NCBI RefSeq assembly: GCF_039654945.1
Contig: NW_027361695.1
Coordinates: forward strand, 16,182,001-16,246,000
Origin: Dendrobates tinctorius
Lineage: Eukaryota
Direction of reading: 5' to 3'
Length of the DNA stretch: 64,000 bases
Shown: positions 12,642 to 23,928 of the stretch, piece by piece
Numbering within the stretch: the stretch's first letter is position 1
How the letters are laid out: each line of letters starts with the position of its first letter
Notes under the pieces: generated by a model
The model's input: only the letters and a program-made list of their open reading frames with translations
Database searches by the model: none
Told to the model about the DNA's origin: nothing
Position numbers and translations under genes: made by a program

Positions 12642-12822
12642 GCCCTGGACAGGTGGGTAGGCCGACTCTTGGGCGCGGGCACTGGCACAGGGTCCCTCAT
12701 AGTGCAATCAAGTGTCTCTGACGGTGGTGGTGCACACCCGCCGTCAGACACACCGCTGTACTATGAGGGGCCCAGTGCCAGTACCGACGCCCACGAGTGG
12801 GCCCCTCTTGCTTGGCCAGGGC
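12642..12822 (+). other. About 180-nt imperfect hairpin in the transposase 3' UTR
   Basis: GGCACTGGCACAGGGTCCCTCATAGT pairs with ACTATGAGGGGCCCAGTGCCAGTACC, with further outer and inner stems. A homologous hairpin lies at about 43975-44160. Confidence 0.7.
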
Positions 12823-12880
12823 CCCAGCATTTGCAATCTTTACCTCTCCCTGCTCCTCCGCTGTGTAATCTGGGCCGTCA

Positions 12881-15488
12881 AATCCATACTGTGCCTGACA
12901 CCGTCTGAGCATGCCTCCTGAGACACATATTTTGAATGTGTACGCTATCCATACATGTTATCCGGGGATACGGTACCCTTTCTAACCTTTATGCAATGAC
13001 GTGCAATCCATACTGGGCCTAACACCGTCTGAGCCTGCCTCATGCTGTATAGACATATATTTTGAATGTGTACGCTATCCATACATGTTATCCGGGGATA
13101 CGGTACCCCTTCTAACCTTTGTGCAATGACGTGCAATCCATACTGGGCCTAACACCGTCTGAGCCTGCCTCATGCTGTATAGACATATATTTTGAATGTG
13201 TACGCTATCCATACATGTTATCCGGGGATACGGTACCCCTTCTAACCTTTGTGCAATGACGTGCAATCCATACTGGGCCTAACACCGTCTGAGCCTGCCT
13301 CATGCTGTATAGACATATATTTTGAATGTGTACGCTATCCATACATGTTATCCGGGGATACGGTACCCCTTCTAACCTTTGTGCAATGACGTGCAATCCA
13401 TACTGGGCCTAACACCGTCTGAGCCTGCCTCATGCTGTATAGACATATATTTTGAATGTGTACGCTATCCATACATGTTATCCGGGGATACGGTACCCCT
13501 TCTAACCTTTGTGCAATGACGTGCAATCCATACTGGGCCTAACACCGTCTGAGCCTGCCTCATGCTGTATAGACATATATTTTGAATGTGTACGCTATCC
13601 ATACATGTTATCCGGGGATACGGTACCCCTTCTAACCTTTGTGCAATGACGTGCAATCCATACTGGGCCTAACACCGTCTGAGCCTGCCTCATGCTGTAT
13701 AGACATATATTTTGAATGTGTACGCTATCCATACATGTTATCCGGGGATACGGTACCCCTTCTAACCTTTGTGCAATGACGTGCAATCCATACTGGGCCT
13801 AACACCGTCTGAGCCTGCCTCATGCTGTATAGACATATATTTTGAATGTGTATGCTATCCATACATGTTATCCGGGGATACGGTACCCCTTCTAACCTTT
13901 GTGCAATCACGTGCAATCCATACTGGGCCTAACACCGTCTGAGCCTGCCTCATGCTGTATAGACATATATTTTGAATGTGTACGCTATCCATACATGTTA
14001 TCCAGGGATACGGTACCCCTTCTAACCTTTGTGCAATGACGTGCAATCCATACTGGGCCTAACACCGTCTGAGCCTGCCTCATGCTGTATAGACATATAT
14101 TTTGAATGTGTACGCTATCCATACATGTTATCCGGGGATACGGTACCCCTTCTAACCTTTGTGCAATGACGTGCAATCCATACTGGGCCTAACACCGTCT
14201 GAGCCTGCCTCATGCTGTATAGACATATATTTTGAATGTGTACGCTATCCATACATGTTATCCGGGGATACGGTACCCCTTCTAACCTTTGTGCAATGAC
14301 GTGCAATCCATACTGGGCCTAACACCGTCTGAGCCTGCCTCATGCTGTATAGACATATATTTTGAATGTTTACGCTATCCATACATGTTATCCGGGGATA
14401 CGGTACCCCTTCTAACCTTTGTGCAATGACGTGCAATCCATACTGGGCCTAACACCGTCTGAGCCTGCCTCATGCTGTATAGACATATATTTTGAATGTG
14501 TACGCTATCCATACATGTTATCCGGGGATACGGTACCCCTTCTAACCTTTGTGCAATGACGTGCAATCCATACTGGGCCTAACACCGTCTGAGCCTGCCT
14601 CATGCTGTATAGACATATATTTTGAATGTGCACGCTATCCATGCATGTTATCCGGGGATACGGTACCCCTTCTAACCTTTGTGCAATGACGTGCAATCCA
14701 TACTGGGCCTAACACCGTCTGAGCCTGCCTCATGCTGTATAGACATATATTTTGAATGTGTACGCTATCCATACATGTTATCCGGGGATACGGTACCCCT
14801 TCTAACCTTTGTGCAATGACGTGCAATCCATACTGGGCCTAACACCGTCTGAGCCTGCCTCATGCTGTATAGACATATATTTTGAATGTGTACGCTATCC
14901 ATACATGTTATCCGGGGATACGGTACCCCTTCTAACCTTTGTGCAATGACGTGCAATCCATACTGGGCCTAACACCGTCTGAGCCTGCCTCATGCTGTAT
15001 AGACATATATTTTGAATGTGCACGCTATCCATGCATGTTATCCGGGGATACGGTACCCCTTCTAACCTTTGTGCAATGACGTGCAATCCATACTGGGCCT
15101 AACACCGTCTGAGCCTGCCTCATGCTGTATAGACATATATTTTGAATGTGTACGCTATCCATACATGTTATCCGGGGATACGGTACCCCTTCTAACCTTT
15201 GTGCAATGACGTGCAATCCATACTGGGCCTAACACCGTCTGAGCCTGCCTCATGCTGTATAGACATATATTTTGAATGTGTACGCTATCCATACATGTTA
15301 TCCGGGGATACGGTACCCCTTCTAACCTTTGTGCAATGACGTGCAATCCATACTGGGCCTAACACCGTCTGAGCCTGCCTCATGCTGTATAGACATATAT
15401 TTTGAATGTGTACGCTATCCATACATGTTATCCAGGGATACGGTACCCTTTCTAACCTTTGTGCAATCACGTGCAATCCATACTGGGC
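12881..15488. repeat. Tandem array of about 20 x 130-bp units downstream of the hAT transposase
   Basis: The unit AATCCATACTGGGCCTAACACCG...GTGCAATGACGTGC repeats every 130 bp and is near-identical between copies. Confidence 0.97.
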
Positions 15489-18400
15489 GTGAGAACGGCT
15501 GGCGAGCTGTTAAGCAAGCTACAGCACCTGTCCAGACAAGTACAGGGATTCCCTAGCGAGGAGACTTATTTGATTGTTTTCTATTTTGGGACAGCAATTT
15601 TTGGGGAGCACTATACTCTGGAGAATGATAGATGGGGCCCACCATACACTGGAACATTCCAAAGGTGGACATCAGACACTGGAGCAGCATTTACATGGCC
15701 CATTATACACTAGAGCAGTAGAAATGGGGCCCATTATGTTTGGATCATTATTTGGGCCCATAAGACAGTGGAGCTTCATCCATGGGGACCAACATATACT
15801 GTAGCATTATGTGGAGCTCATCATATACTGTTTCAAACATTATATGGGACCAATGATTCTGTATGGAGAAATAGATGGGCCTCGTCATGAGATGTAAAAA
15901 GTGAGGTATTTTTCATTGTACTATACCACTATTTCTCTGCCGTATCGGAGCATGATGAGTTGTGGTATGTGTTAAAGGGGCGCTCTTTCGCCCAGGGCAC
16001 ATGAAAACCTGCAGCCAGCCCTCCCCCCCACAAATTTAGCCAAATAACCCCCATTTTTCAGTGCGTAACTTGTATTATGAAGTTAATTAAGGTTGACAAG
16101 CTTAAGTAAGAAGAATTGATGCTTTTGGCATTCAAATGGGCACTGTAGGTGTGTTTCCTGTCCTCCTCTCACTGCCGACTTTTATTCCCCATTGACTTAC
16201 ATTGGGTTTCGTGTTTCGGGACGACCCCGACTTTTCCCTATAATCGGACGATCTTGCTCGACCCGACTTTTGGAAAAGTCGGGTTTCACAAAACGAAACG
16301 CGACCCTAAAAAAGCAAAAGTCTCTCAACTCTACTAAAAATGACTTATTTTCTACCAATTTTTGTTATACGATGTTTTCTTCCCCATTTGCACCCAAAGC
16401 TGTTTGAAAAATTCTGTTGCTAAATGGAGCCAATTCGCTAATCAGAGTTGTCAGAGTTGTCAATTCAAATAGCGCCATGGGTACAAAATTCAACAAATTT
16501 TAATGAAAAGTTCACTAATCAACCTGGGTCAGTAAAATCCCATAGTAAAAAAGTGTGACAGCATGCAAGGGGTTCTTCAAAGATCATTCAAGTCTTTCCA
16601 TTGACAATAAAAAAAAATACAACTAGAGAGGAGCAAAATTATTTGTCCAAATCTGATTATTTTTGCTATTTGCTTTTGGCCAACCTAGAAAAATTGGGGC
16701 TGGCAGGCTCACAATTTGCTGGTTGCAAACAAGGCTGGGAAGGGGTTATAAATTATTAAAATATAATGCCTTTCCACAGCCTTCACTTCTTTCTTTGCAC
16801 AGCTCACCCCCAGCCTTGGGGTTCTCTTCTAGGTTCCTCTGGTCAACTTCTCAGTGCCTCCTGTCCCTTTTCCATCTTTACAGTGGTCTTTGAGTCCTTT
16901 GGCACTGACTACACCTCATGATGGAGCGATGGACATCATAACATTGCATAAGGCTTGATCCCAGCCAAAGGAACCAAAAATCACTGTGAAGACGAAAGAG
17001 GGTGGCTCCTAGTAAAGGACCAGAGAACCTTGAGGTGGGCTTTGCAGAAGGACAGGTGAGGACCAGAGAGAGTGAACATATATTTTTTGAAGCCTATGCT
17101 CATTAGGCAAAGGCCTTAGTACGTCAGCAGGATATTCATCATCTGTCAGCTGTTGCTAGTGCTACTAATCTAAAAAGTCCTGGAAAAACCTTTGCTGATC
17201 CCTTGATGCCCATGAGATCCAAAGGTACTCCATTCCTCAGTTAAGTCAAGCCAAGTCTGTTACAACCCTAGAAAACCACAACTTACACATAGGCAGTGAG
17301 ATTTGGAAAATTACAGTTCCCAAGATGACTCATGCCCCCTATTTATCTTGGTCTTTTTGTTTTTTTCAGCAGCTGCACCATTGACAATAAATGTTCGACT
17401 TGTCCTATGTAAGAGTTGTCATTAGTGGTCGGCACAGACAGTGAAAGGATGATGACATGCCAGATGTATGGAAGGTGAGCTGCAAAGTATCAGGTCTTTT
17501 TCCATTAGTAAAAAGGGATTATTACTACGTATCCCCATTGCTTGCCTCTAGATAATATATTCACAGTCATCCATATCTGATTTTTTTTTACATAAGGAAA
17601 TAATGAGCCTCACACCAAATCAATCTTAATTTTTTTTTGTTTTTGGTTTCAGAAAACCCCTCCACCCCAGCTGCAGTTTGCTTTACAAAACAAGCTTTAC
17701 TTTTCTTACTCTTTTTGGGTCCAGAATTAAGTCTCCACCGCTGCACCCAATGTTTGTTATTGGCTGACGTCACACCGACAGCGCTGCAACCTACCAGTGA
17801 GCTCCCCAGGTTTGCCTGAACTGACTGCACGAGCCACTCAAAGTAATTGGGCTGAGTCCGTGACTGTATAAAATTAAGGTTTTAATGGCGCCTTTATCAA
17901 TTTAAAAAAACAAATGTAACATTTAGGTATTTTACTTTGAAAAAGGTTCAGTTGCGGCAATGAAGACCCTTAAATGAGGTTGTCTGCTTCACCTTTGGAA
18001 TATATTATAGAGTCAGAACATAGTCAGAACTTAAACACTCTTATTCCTTGGATCTTACAGCACTTAGGGGACCAATGGAACTTTACTGACTCCTTCAGCT
18101 TTAATTAATAGTCCTGACTTTACCGATTAAACTTAGTACAACATTAAATGGAACTTGTCACCAGTTTTTGTGTCTCTGAACAAACACCGCCACCTTTATA
18201 TGCTCCTTCACTGCATTCCACAAACATTTCTATCATCTTCTGACTTCTTCTTTATAACCCCCAAAAATACCATTTTAATTCTCTTATGCTGTATTTAAAT
18301 GAGGATGGTCCAGACCAATCAACATCCTTGCTGCCGAATCTGTACCTCCTCTCTGCTCCTAATTGCCATCCTCCGGCTTTGATTGAGGTGGATGAATCCT

Positions 18401-18798
18401 TCTGCATCATTCACATAGCGAAATGACATTTCACACCTGTGCAGTAACCTCACAGGCCTGCTAGGCACAACTCGCTCTACCCTACTGTGGGCAGAGGATA
18501 AAACATCACTGCTCAAGCGCTGAGTGGCGTGATTCCACTCTTATACGGTGGCAGGATATGTTGGAGCCGGAACGACATTACGTTGGCACTTGAGCTGTGA
18601 AGTTTTATGCTGTGCCCACAGTAGGGCAGAGCAAAGTGAGCCTATGTAGGCCATTGAGGCTAATGTGCAGGCATGAAATCTGATTTTGCTATGTGGATGA
18701 TGCACGTCAATCAAAGTTGGAGGCCAGTGATTAGGGGCAGAGAGGAAATACAGATTTGCCAGCAAGGATGCCTATCAGACTGGACCATCCTCATTTAA

Positions 18799-20307
18799 AG
18801 GGAACCTGTCAGCAGCTTTGGCTGATATAAGATAAGGCCATCACCTTTTATTATTATTATTATTATTATGCATTTATATAGCGCCATTTATTCCATGGCG
18901 CTTTACATGTGAAAAGGGGAAATATAGACAAGTAAAATAAACATGTGTAAGACAAGGGACACACAAATACATAAGGAGAGAGGACTCTGCCTGCGAGGGC
19001 TCACAGTCTACAGGGATGGATGAGGATACAGTAGGAGAGGGTAGAGCAGGTCGTGCGGTGGTTCAGTAGACCGACGATCATTTCAGGCTGTAGGCTTGTC
19101 GGAACAGGTGGGTCTTCAGGTTCTTCTTGAAGGTTTCTGTTGATGGTGAGAGTCTGATGTGTTGCGATAGAGCGTTCCAGAGTATGGGGGAAGCACGGGA
19201 GAAGTATTGTATGAGGCTGTGGGAATAAGAGATAAGGGGAGAGTAGAGAAGGAGATCTTGAGAGGATCGAAGATTGCATGTGGGTAAGTACCTGGAGACC
19301 ATGTCACAGATGTATGGAGGAGACAGATTGTGGATGGCCTTGTATGTCATGGTTAGGGTTTTGAATTGGTGCCTCTGGGCAATAGGAAGCCAGTGAAGGG
19401 CCTGGCATAGGGGGGAGGCTGGGGAATAGCGGGGAGACAGGTGGATTAGTCGGGCAGCAGAGTGTATGATGGACTGGAGTGGTGCCAGAGTTCTAGAGGG
19501 GAGACCAGAGAGTAGGAAGTTGCAGTAGTTGAGGCGGGAGATGATAAGAGCATGCACTAGTGTTTTTGTAGTTTCGTGATGGAGGAATGAGCGGATCCGG
19601 GAAATATTTTTGAGTTTGAGGCGGCAGGAGGAGGTGAGGGCTTGGATATGTGGTTTTAGGGCTTGTATATAGCATTCTATAATGCTGTATATAAGCCCCC
19701 AAACCGACCTGGAAGAAATGAAAAATAAATTTTATTATACTCACCTGCGGGACAGTCCGGTCCAATGGGTGTCGCTGGTATTGGTCCGGCGCCTCCTATC
19801 TTCTTATGATCCTCATCCTCCTGCTTGCTTCTTGTGGATGACGTGACACTGCATAATCCACACAGTCTCCCCGGCATCGCGCTCCTGCACAGACATACTT
19901 CTCTGCCCTGTTGAGGGCAGAGCAAAGTACTGCAGTGCGCAGGTGCCAGAAAAGGTAAAAATTTCCTGGCACCTGTGCACTGTAGTACTTTGCTCTGCCC
20001 TCAACAGGGCAGAGACATACACCTGCACAGGAGCGCAATGCCTTGGAGCCTGTATGGATGATGTAGGGTCATGTCATCCACAAGAAGCAAGCAGGAGGGT
20101 GGCATCGCAAGAAGATGGGAGGCGCCGGACCAAGAAGAGCGACACCCCTCTGACCGGACCGCCCCCCAGGTGAGTATAATAAAATTTATTTTTCACTTCT
20201 TCCAGGTAGGGTTGGGGGATTATATACAGCATTACAGAATGTTATATATAAGCCCTGAAAGGTGATGGTCGCATCTTATCTTAGCCAAAAATGCTGACAG
20301 GTTCCCG
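18799..20307. mobile_element. T2/Kolobok-type MITE B inserted in MITE A
   Basis: TTAA duplicated at 18795-18798 and 20308-20311; TIRs AGGGAACCTGTCAGCA / TGCTGACAGGTTCCC; long palindrome centred near 19950. Confidence 0.85.
18851..19653 (-). mobile_element. 5'-truncated L2 LINE inserted in MITE B
   Basis: ORF 19078..19557 (HALIISRLNYCN..LHWLPI..FKKNLKTHLF) is an L2 ORF2 C-terminus; (TAA)n tail at the 3' end. Confidence 0.88.
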
Positions 20308-21376
20308 TTAAATACATTGTAGCAGTGATTAAAATGGTATTTTTGGGGGTGTACAGTGGGGAGTCAAGAGATGATAGACATGTTTGCAAAATACATCGCA
20401 GTAGATAAAGGTGGTAGCATTTGTTCAGAGACACAAGAACTGGTGACAGATTCCCTTTAATGATGTTTTTGTGCACCCATCTCATGGATAGGTACTGTAT
20501 CTCCGGCACTGTTAGAAGAGTGTCAACGAACAACAAAATAACACAGCAGAACAAGGAAACCTGTTATCCTGACTTTCCGAAACAAAGATGCAAGAAGACA
20601 AAAAAAAAAAGAAAAGAGCGGAATCCAATTTTAAGAAAATAGAGCACTCAATATGCAGAGGTTGCATTCTCATTCCTCAGTGTTCCCTTAGCAAATCTTT
20701 TCTTAATATCTTGAAGTCTCAATTTATTTAACATTGAATGTGTAAAAAAGAATCCTGGGTAAATATTTGATGACTGCATCTCATTAATGATGATATCATC
20801 AATAGTAAGGGCATTACAAGAGGAATTATGTGAAGACTGAAATTTTTTTCTTTGTAAATCTGGGCGTCAAATTTCATGGATAAAAGTGCTGCAGTTTAAG
20901 AAAAAATCCAACTATCTATATTCATCCCTAGAGCTTCTGAATGGAAGACACATATTGTAAATGGTCTAACTCCATATGGTTCTTTTCCTTGAATTTTTTT
21001 ACCGGGGGATCAAAAATGTATCTACTAACTACTAACTGCACATATAGGGCAATATCCATCAGTGTATGCAAATGTCTCTATAGTCTTGTCTCTCGCTCTT
21101 CAACATGTATATCTTTTATTATCATAGAGCCATGTGAGTTGGTTGTCATTGTTGATCTACAGTCGAAGACATACTGTTTATGGCAATTTTTTGTATATTT
21201 TTTAGAATCTTGTCATTAGTACATCCTATAAAGGACCAGACAGGAGAAATTGGAACGATGGAGGACAGTTCAATAACTTTTCTTGAGCTTCTAGATTGAG
21301 GCACAATTTTGATCCTGTTTCAATTCTTCTATATGGTTAGCAGATGGAACAATAGTCTCTCTCTGACTCACTTTTA

Positions 21377-22279
21377 GGCTGTGTTCACACGTAGCTTTTT
21401 TTGCGTTTTCGCTGCGTTTTTTAACGCACGTAATTGCCGCAAAAACGCAAAAAAAAGCATCCCATGCAATCCTATGGGATTCCGCACATGCTGTGCTAAT
21501 GCTGCGTATTTTTCCATGGCGGAATCGCATCGCGGAAAAATACGCAGCATGTTCATTCTTTGTGCAGAATTGCGGGAAAATCCGCACACATAGGATTGCA
21601 TTGTTCCGCTTACTTTGCATGTAGCTATGCCCACCATGCAAAAAGTAAGCGTAAAGTTTGCGGATGGTAACCACGATTCTCCTCCACGCCCTTTGTACCA
21701 TATCCCTGTTAAAAAAAGAATTAAAATAAAAAATTGTGATCTTCTCACCTTCCAGCATCCCACGCAGCGTCCCCAGGCCTCAGCGATGCTCCCGGCAGGT
21801 CCTGTTCCCAGAGATGCCTGGCGACAATGACCTTTGATGACCTCGCGTCATCAAAGGTCATTGTCTCCAGGCATCGCTGGGAACGGGACTTGCCGGGAGC
21901 AGCGCAAGGATCGGGAACACTGCGGGGGATGTCTGAAGGTGAGAATGACACAATTTTTTATTTTTTTATTATTTTTAACTATATATCTGTTTACTATTGA
22001 TGCCGCATAGGCAGCCTCAATAGTAAAAAGTTGGTCACACTTGACAAACACTATGTTTGACGAGTGTGACCAACCTGTCAATCAGTTTTCCAAGCGATGC
22101 TACAGAACGCTTGGAAAACGCTAGCATTCTGCAAGCTAAATATGCTTTCAAAACGCTAGTTTTTTCACGGGAAATACACGGGAATTTAAAATGCGGATTT
22201 CTCGCATATTTCCCACGGCAGGGAATTCCAGAATTCCCGCGGAAATTTCAGAGGGAATTCCACACGTGTACATATAGCC
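21377..22279. mobile_element. Non-autonomous Harbinger element
   Basis: TTA TSD at 21374-21376 and 22280-22282; termini GGCTGTGTTCACACGT / ACGTGTACATATAGCC; internal palindrome about 21720-21970. Confidence 0.8.
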
Positions 22280-23259
22280 TTACTCTTCTTTTGGGTGCAC
22301 TTGTGCTGGTGATGACCACCTAATACATGGTATCTTCTGGCTCTTTCATGCCTACCTGAGCCACAGCTATCTGGCTACATTCTCACACGCCTCTCTATAT
22401 ATTTCACTTTCTCATGCAGAGGCTGCGTCAGATTCATGAGTTGCTTGCCTGCTCATACCATCTTCTGTCTGGGCTCTTCCATGCCTTGTAGCCTCAAAGA
22501 CCCACCTTACTCCTATGGCCTCAAGGGCTTGGAACTTCTGCCCTTAGACTTCACTCCTTGCATGATGGCCTATCTTCTTCATCTCTGGTTCTGATTCTAC
22601 TTGACTTTAGCAGAGCAGAGACATATTAATTTCTCTGAGTTTTACTTCTAAAGCACTCTCTGTTGAGATGGTAGAGACACTCACATATGGTCTGTCTTCC
22701 ACGAATATGAGAAGTCACAGAGGCAAACTCCCCTTTAGAGATGTAAGATGAGGTGAGACAACACCTTTATCCATATTACTGACTCGCACCTATAAGTCAC
22801 AAGCTGTTCTTCGGTAACATACAGTAGTTCCTACTCACTCCATTTGCTCCTAGGTGCTGGAAAACATAGATCTTTATAGACAAGGGCATGCTGAGTGCGT
22901 TTTGACGATTCCCACCGGCATAGCCCTTCCTATATGAGCCACATGCAACTCACAGCTTCAAGCATCTTCACACATTTTCATGCAACTCCGGCCCCACATA
23001 ACTACTACAACCCTTATGTACATTACTTTAGATATTCCAGAAATACATAAAAAGAGATTTTGTCTGGAACCATTTGCCCAAGGGCCATTCTTGTACTCTT
23101 CTCTCTTTCACAATATCCACTCAATGTACGTTTTCCCAAAACAGCACTTTCATATATGGAATAAGTGCAATGGAGAAAATCTATCGCATGCACAAGGAAA
23201 GGGTGAGACATCCAACAAAAGCATTACCAACATGATAGAACTCAAAATAGTGCAGCAAG

Positions 23260-23504
23260 TAGGATTGAGCAGACCCATGGAAGTAGGGGTTCGTCGGGTT
23301 CAACCAAACGTTAGTCCAAAGTTCAGTTCGGGTACCAGAAGTGTATCTGAACTTGAACCTCAACTTGAATCCCATAGAAATCAATGTGACCTGAACTTTG
23401 GAGCTGGAAAATCTCTCTTTCTCCTCTCCGAGCTCCTGAACTGTAAAATGGACTTCCAGGAGATGTCCGTGTTCAGAGTTCAGCATCGGGTTTGCTCATC
23501 TCTA
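23260..23504. mobile_element. Short hAT MITE
   Basis: Ends TAGGATTGAGC / GCTCATCTCTA, the same TIR family as the large hAT; GTTC/GAAC subterminal repeats; TSD eroded. Confidence 0.6.
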
Positions 23505-23928
23505 GTAACAACACATAAGGCCTCTTTCACACATCAGGTTTTCTGCTTCAGGCGCGATCCGGCGCTTTTGACTAAAACCGGATCCGTCGAAATGCAATGC
23601 CGGATCCGGTTTCCCCCCCATTGACTTGCATTAGAGCCGGATCGAGCCGGATGGCCATGCGTTTCATCCGATTTTCGCCGGATCCGGCAATGTGACGCGA
23701 TCCGGCGTCTGGAAAAAACGGTGACTGTAACGTTTTTTGTATCCGTCGAAAAAGCCGGACACGCCGAATCCGGCGTGTCCGGCTTTTTCATACAATGAAA
23801 GCCTATGAGCGCCGCAATGCGCCGGATCCGGCGACCGGATCCGTTTTTTTTGGTCTGAGCATGCTCAGTAGCTCTGCCCACAGGACATATATAAAAGCAA
23901 GACAATGGGACCCTCAGCCACACCCAAC

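Larger units (their letters stand above)
4672..16333 (+). mobile_element. Full-length, potentially autonomous hAT DNA transposon (11,662 bp)
   Basis: TIRs TAGAGTTGAGCGA / TCTCTCAACTCTA; perfect 8-bp TSD CTAAAAAT at 4664-4671 and 16334-16341; CCGAC/GTCGG subterminal repeats at both ends; intact transposase ORF. Confidence 0.95.
18148..20456. mobile_element. T2/Kolobok-type MITE A (outer element of a nest)
   Basis: TTAA at both sides; TIRs ATGGAACTTGTCACCAG / CTGGTGACAGATTCCCT; the palindromic body is interrupted at an internal TTAA (18795-18798). Confidence 0.8.

Noticed and set aside
12881-15488. CRISPR-like array or repeated 63-aa peptide genes
   Set aside because: Units are identical end to end with no unique spacers, there are no cas genes and the context is eukaryotic. 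The ORFs are simply translations of the repeat.
17365-17480. Possible host exon (polypyrimidine-AG ... AAG/GTGAG)
   Set aside because: Stop codons occur in all three frames.
22980-23624. 214-aa ORF
   Set aside because: It crosses unique DNA, a hAT MITE and the Harbinger terminus, with no recognisable domain.
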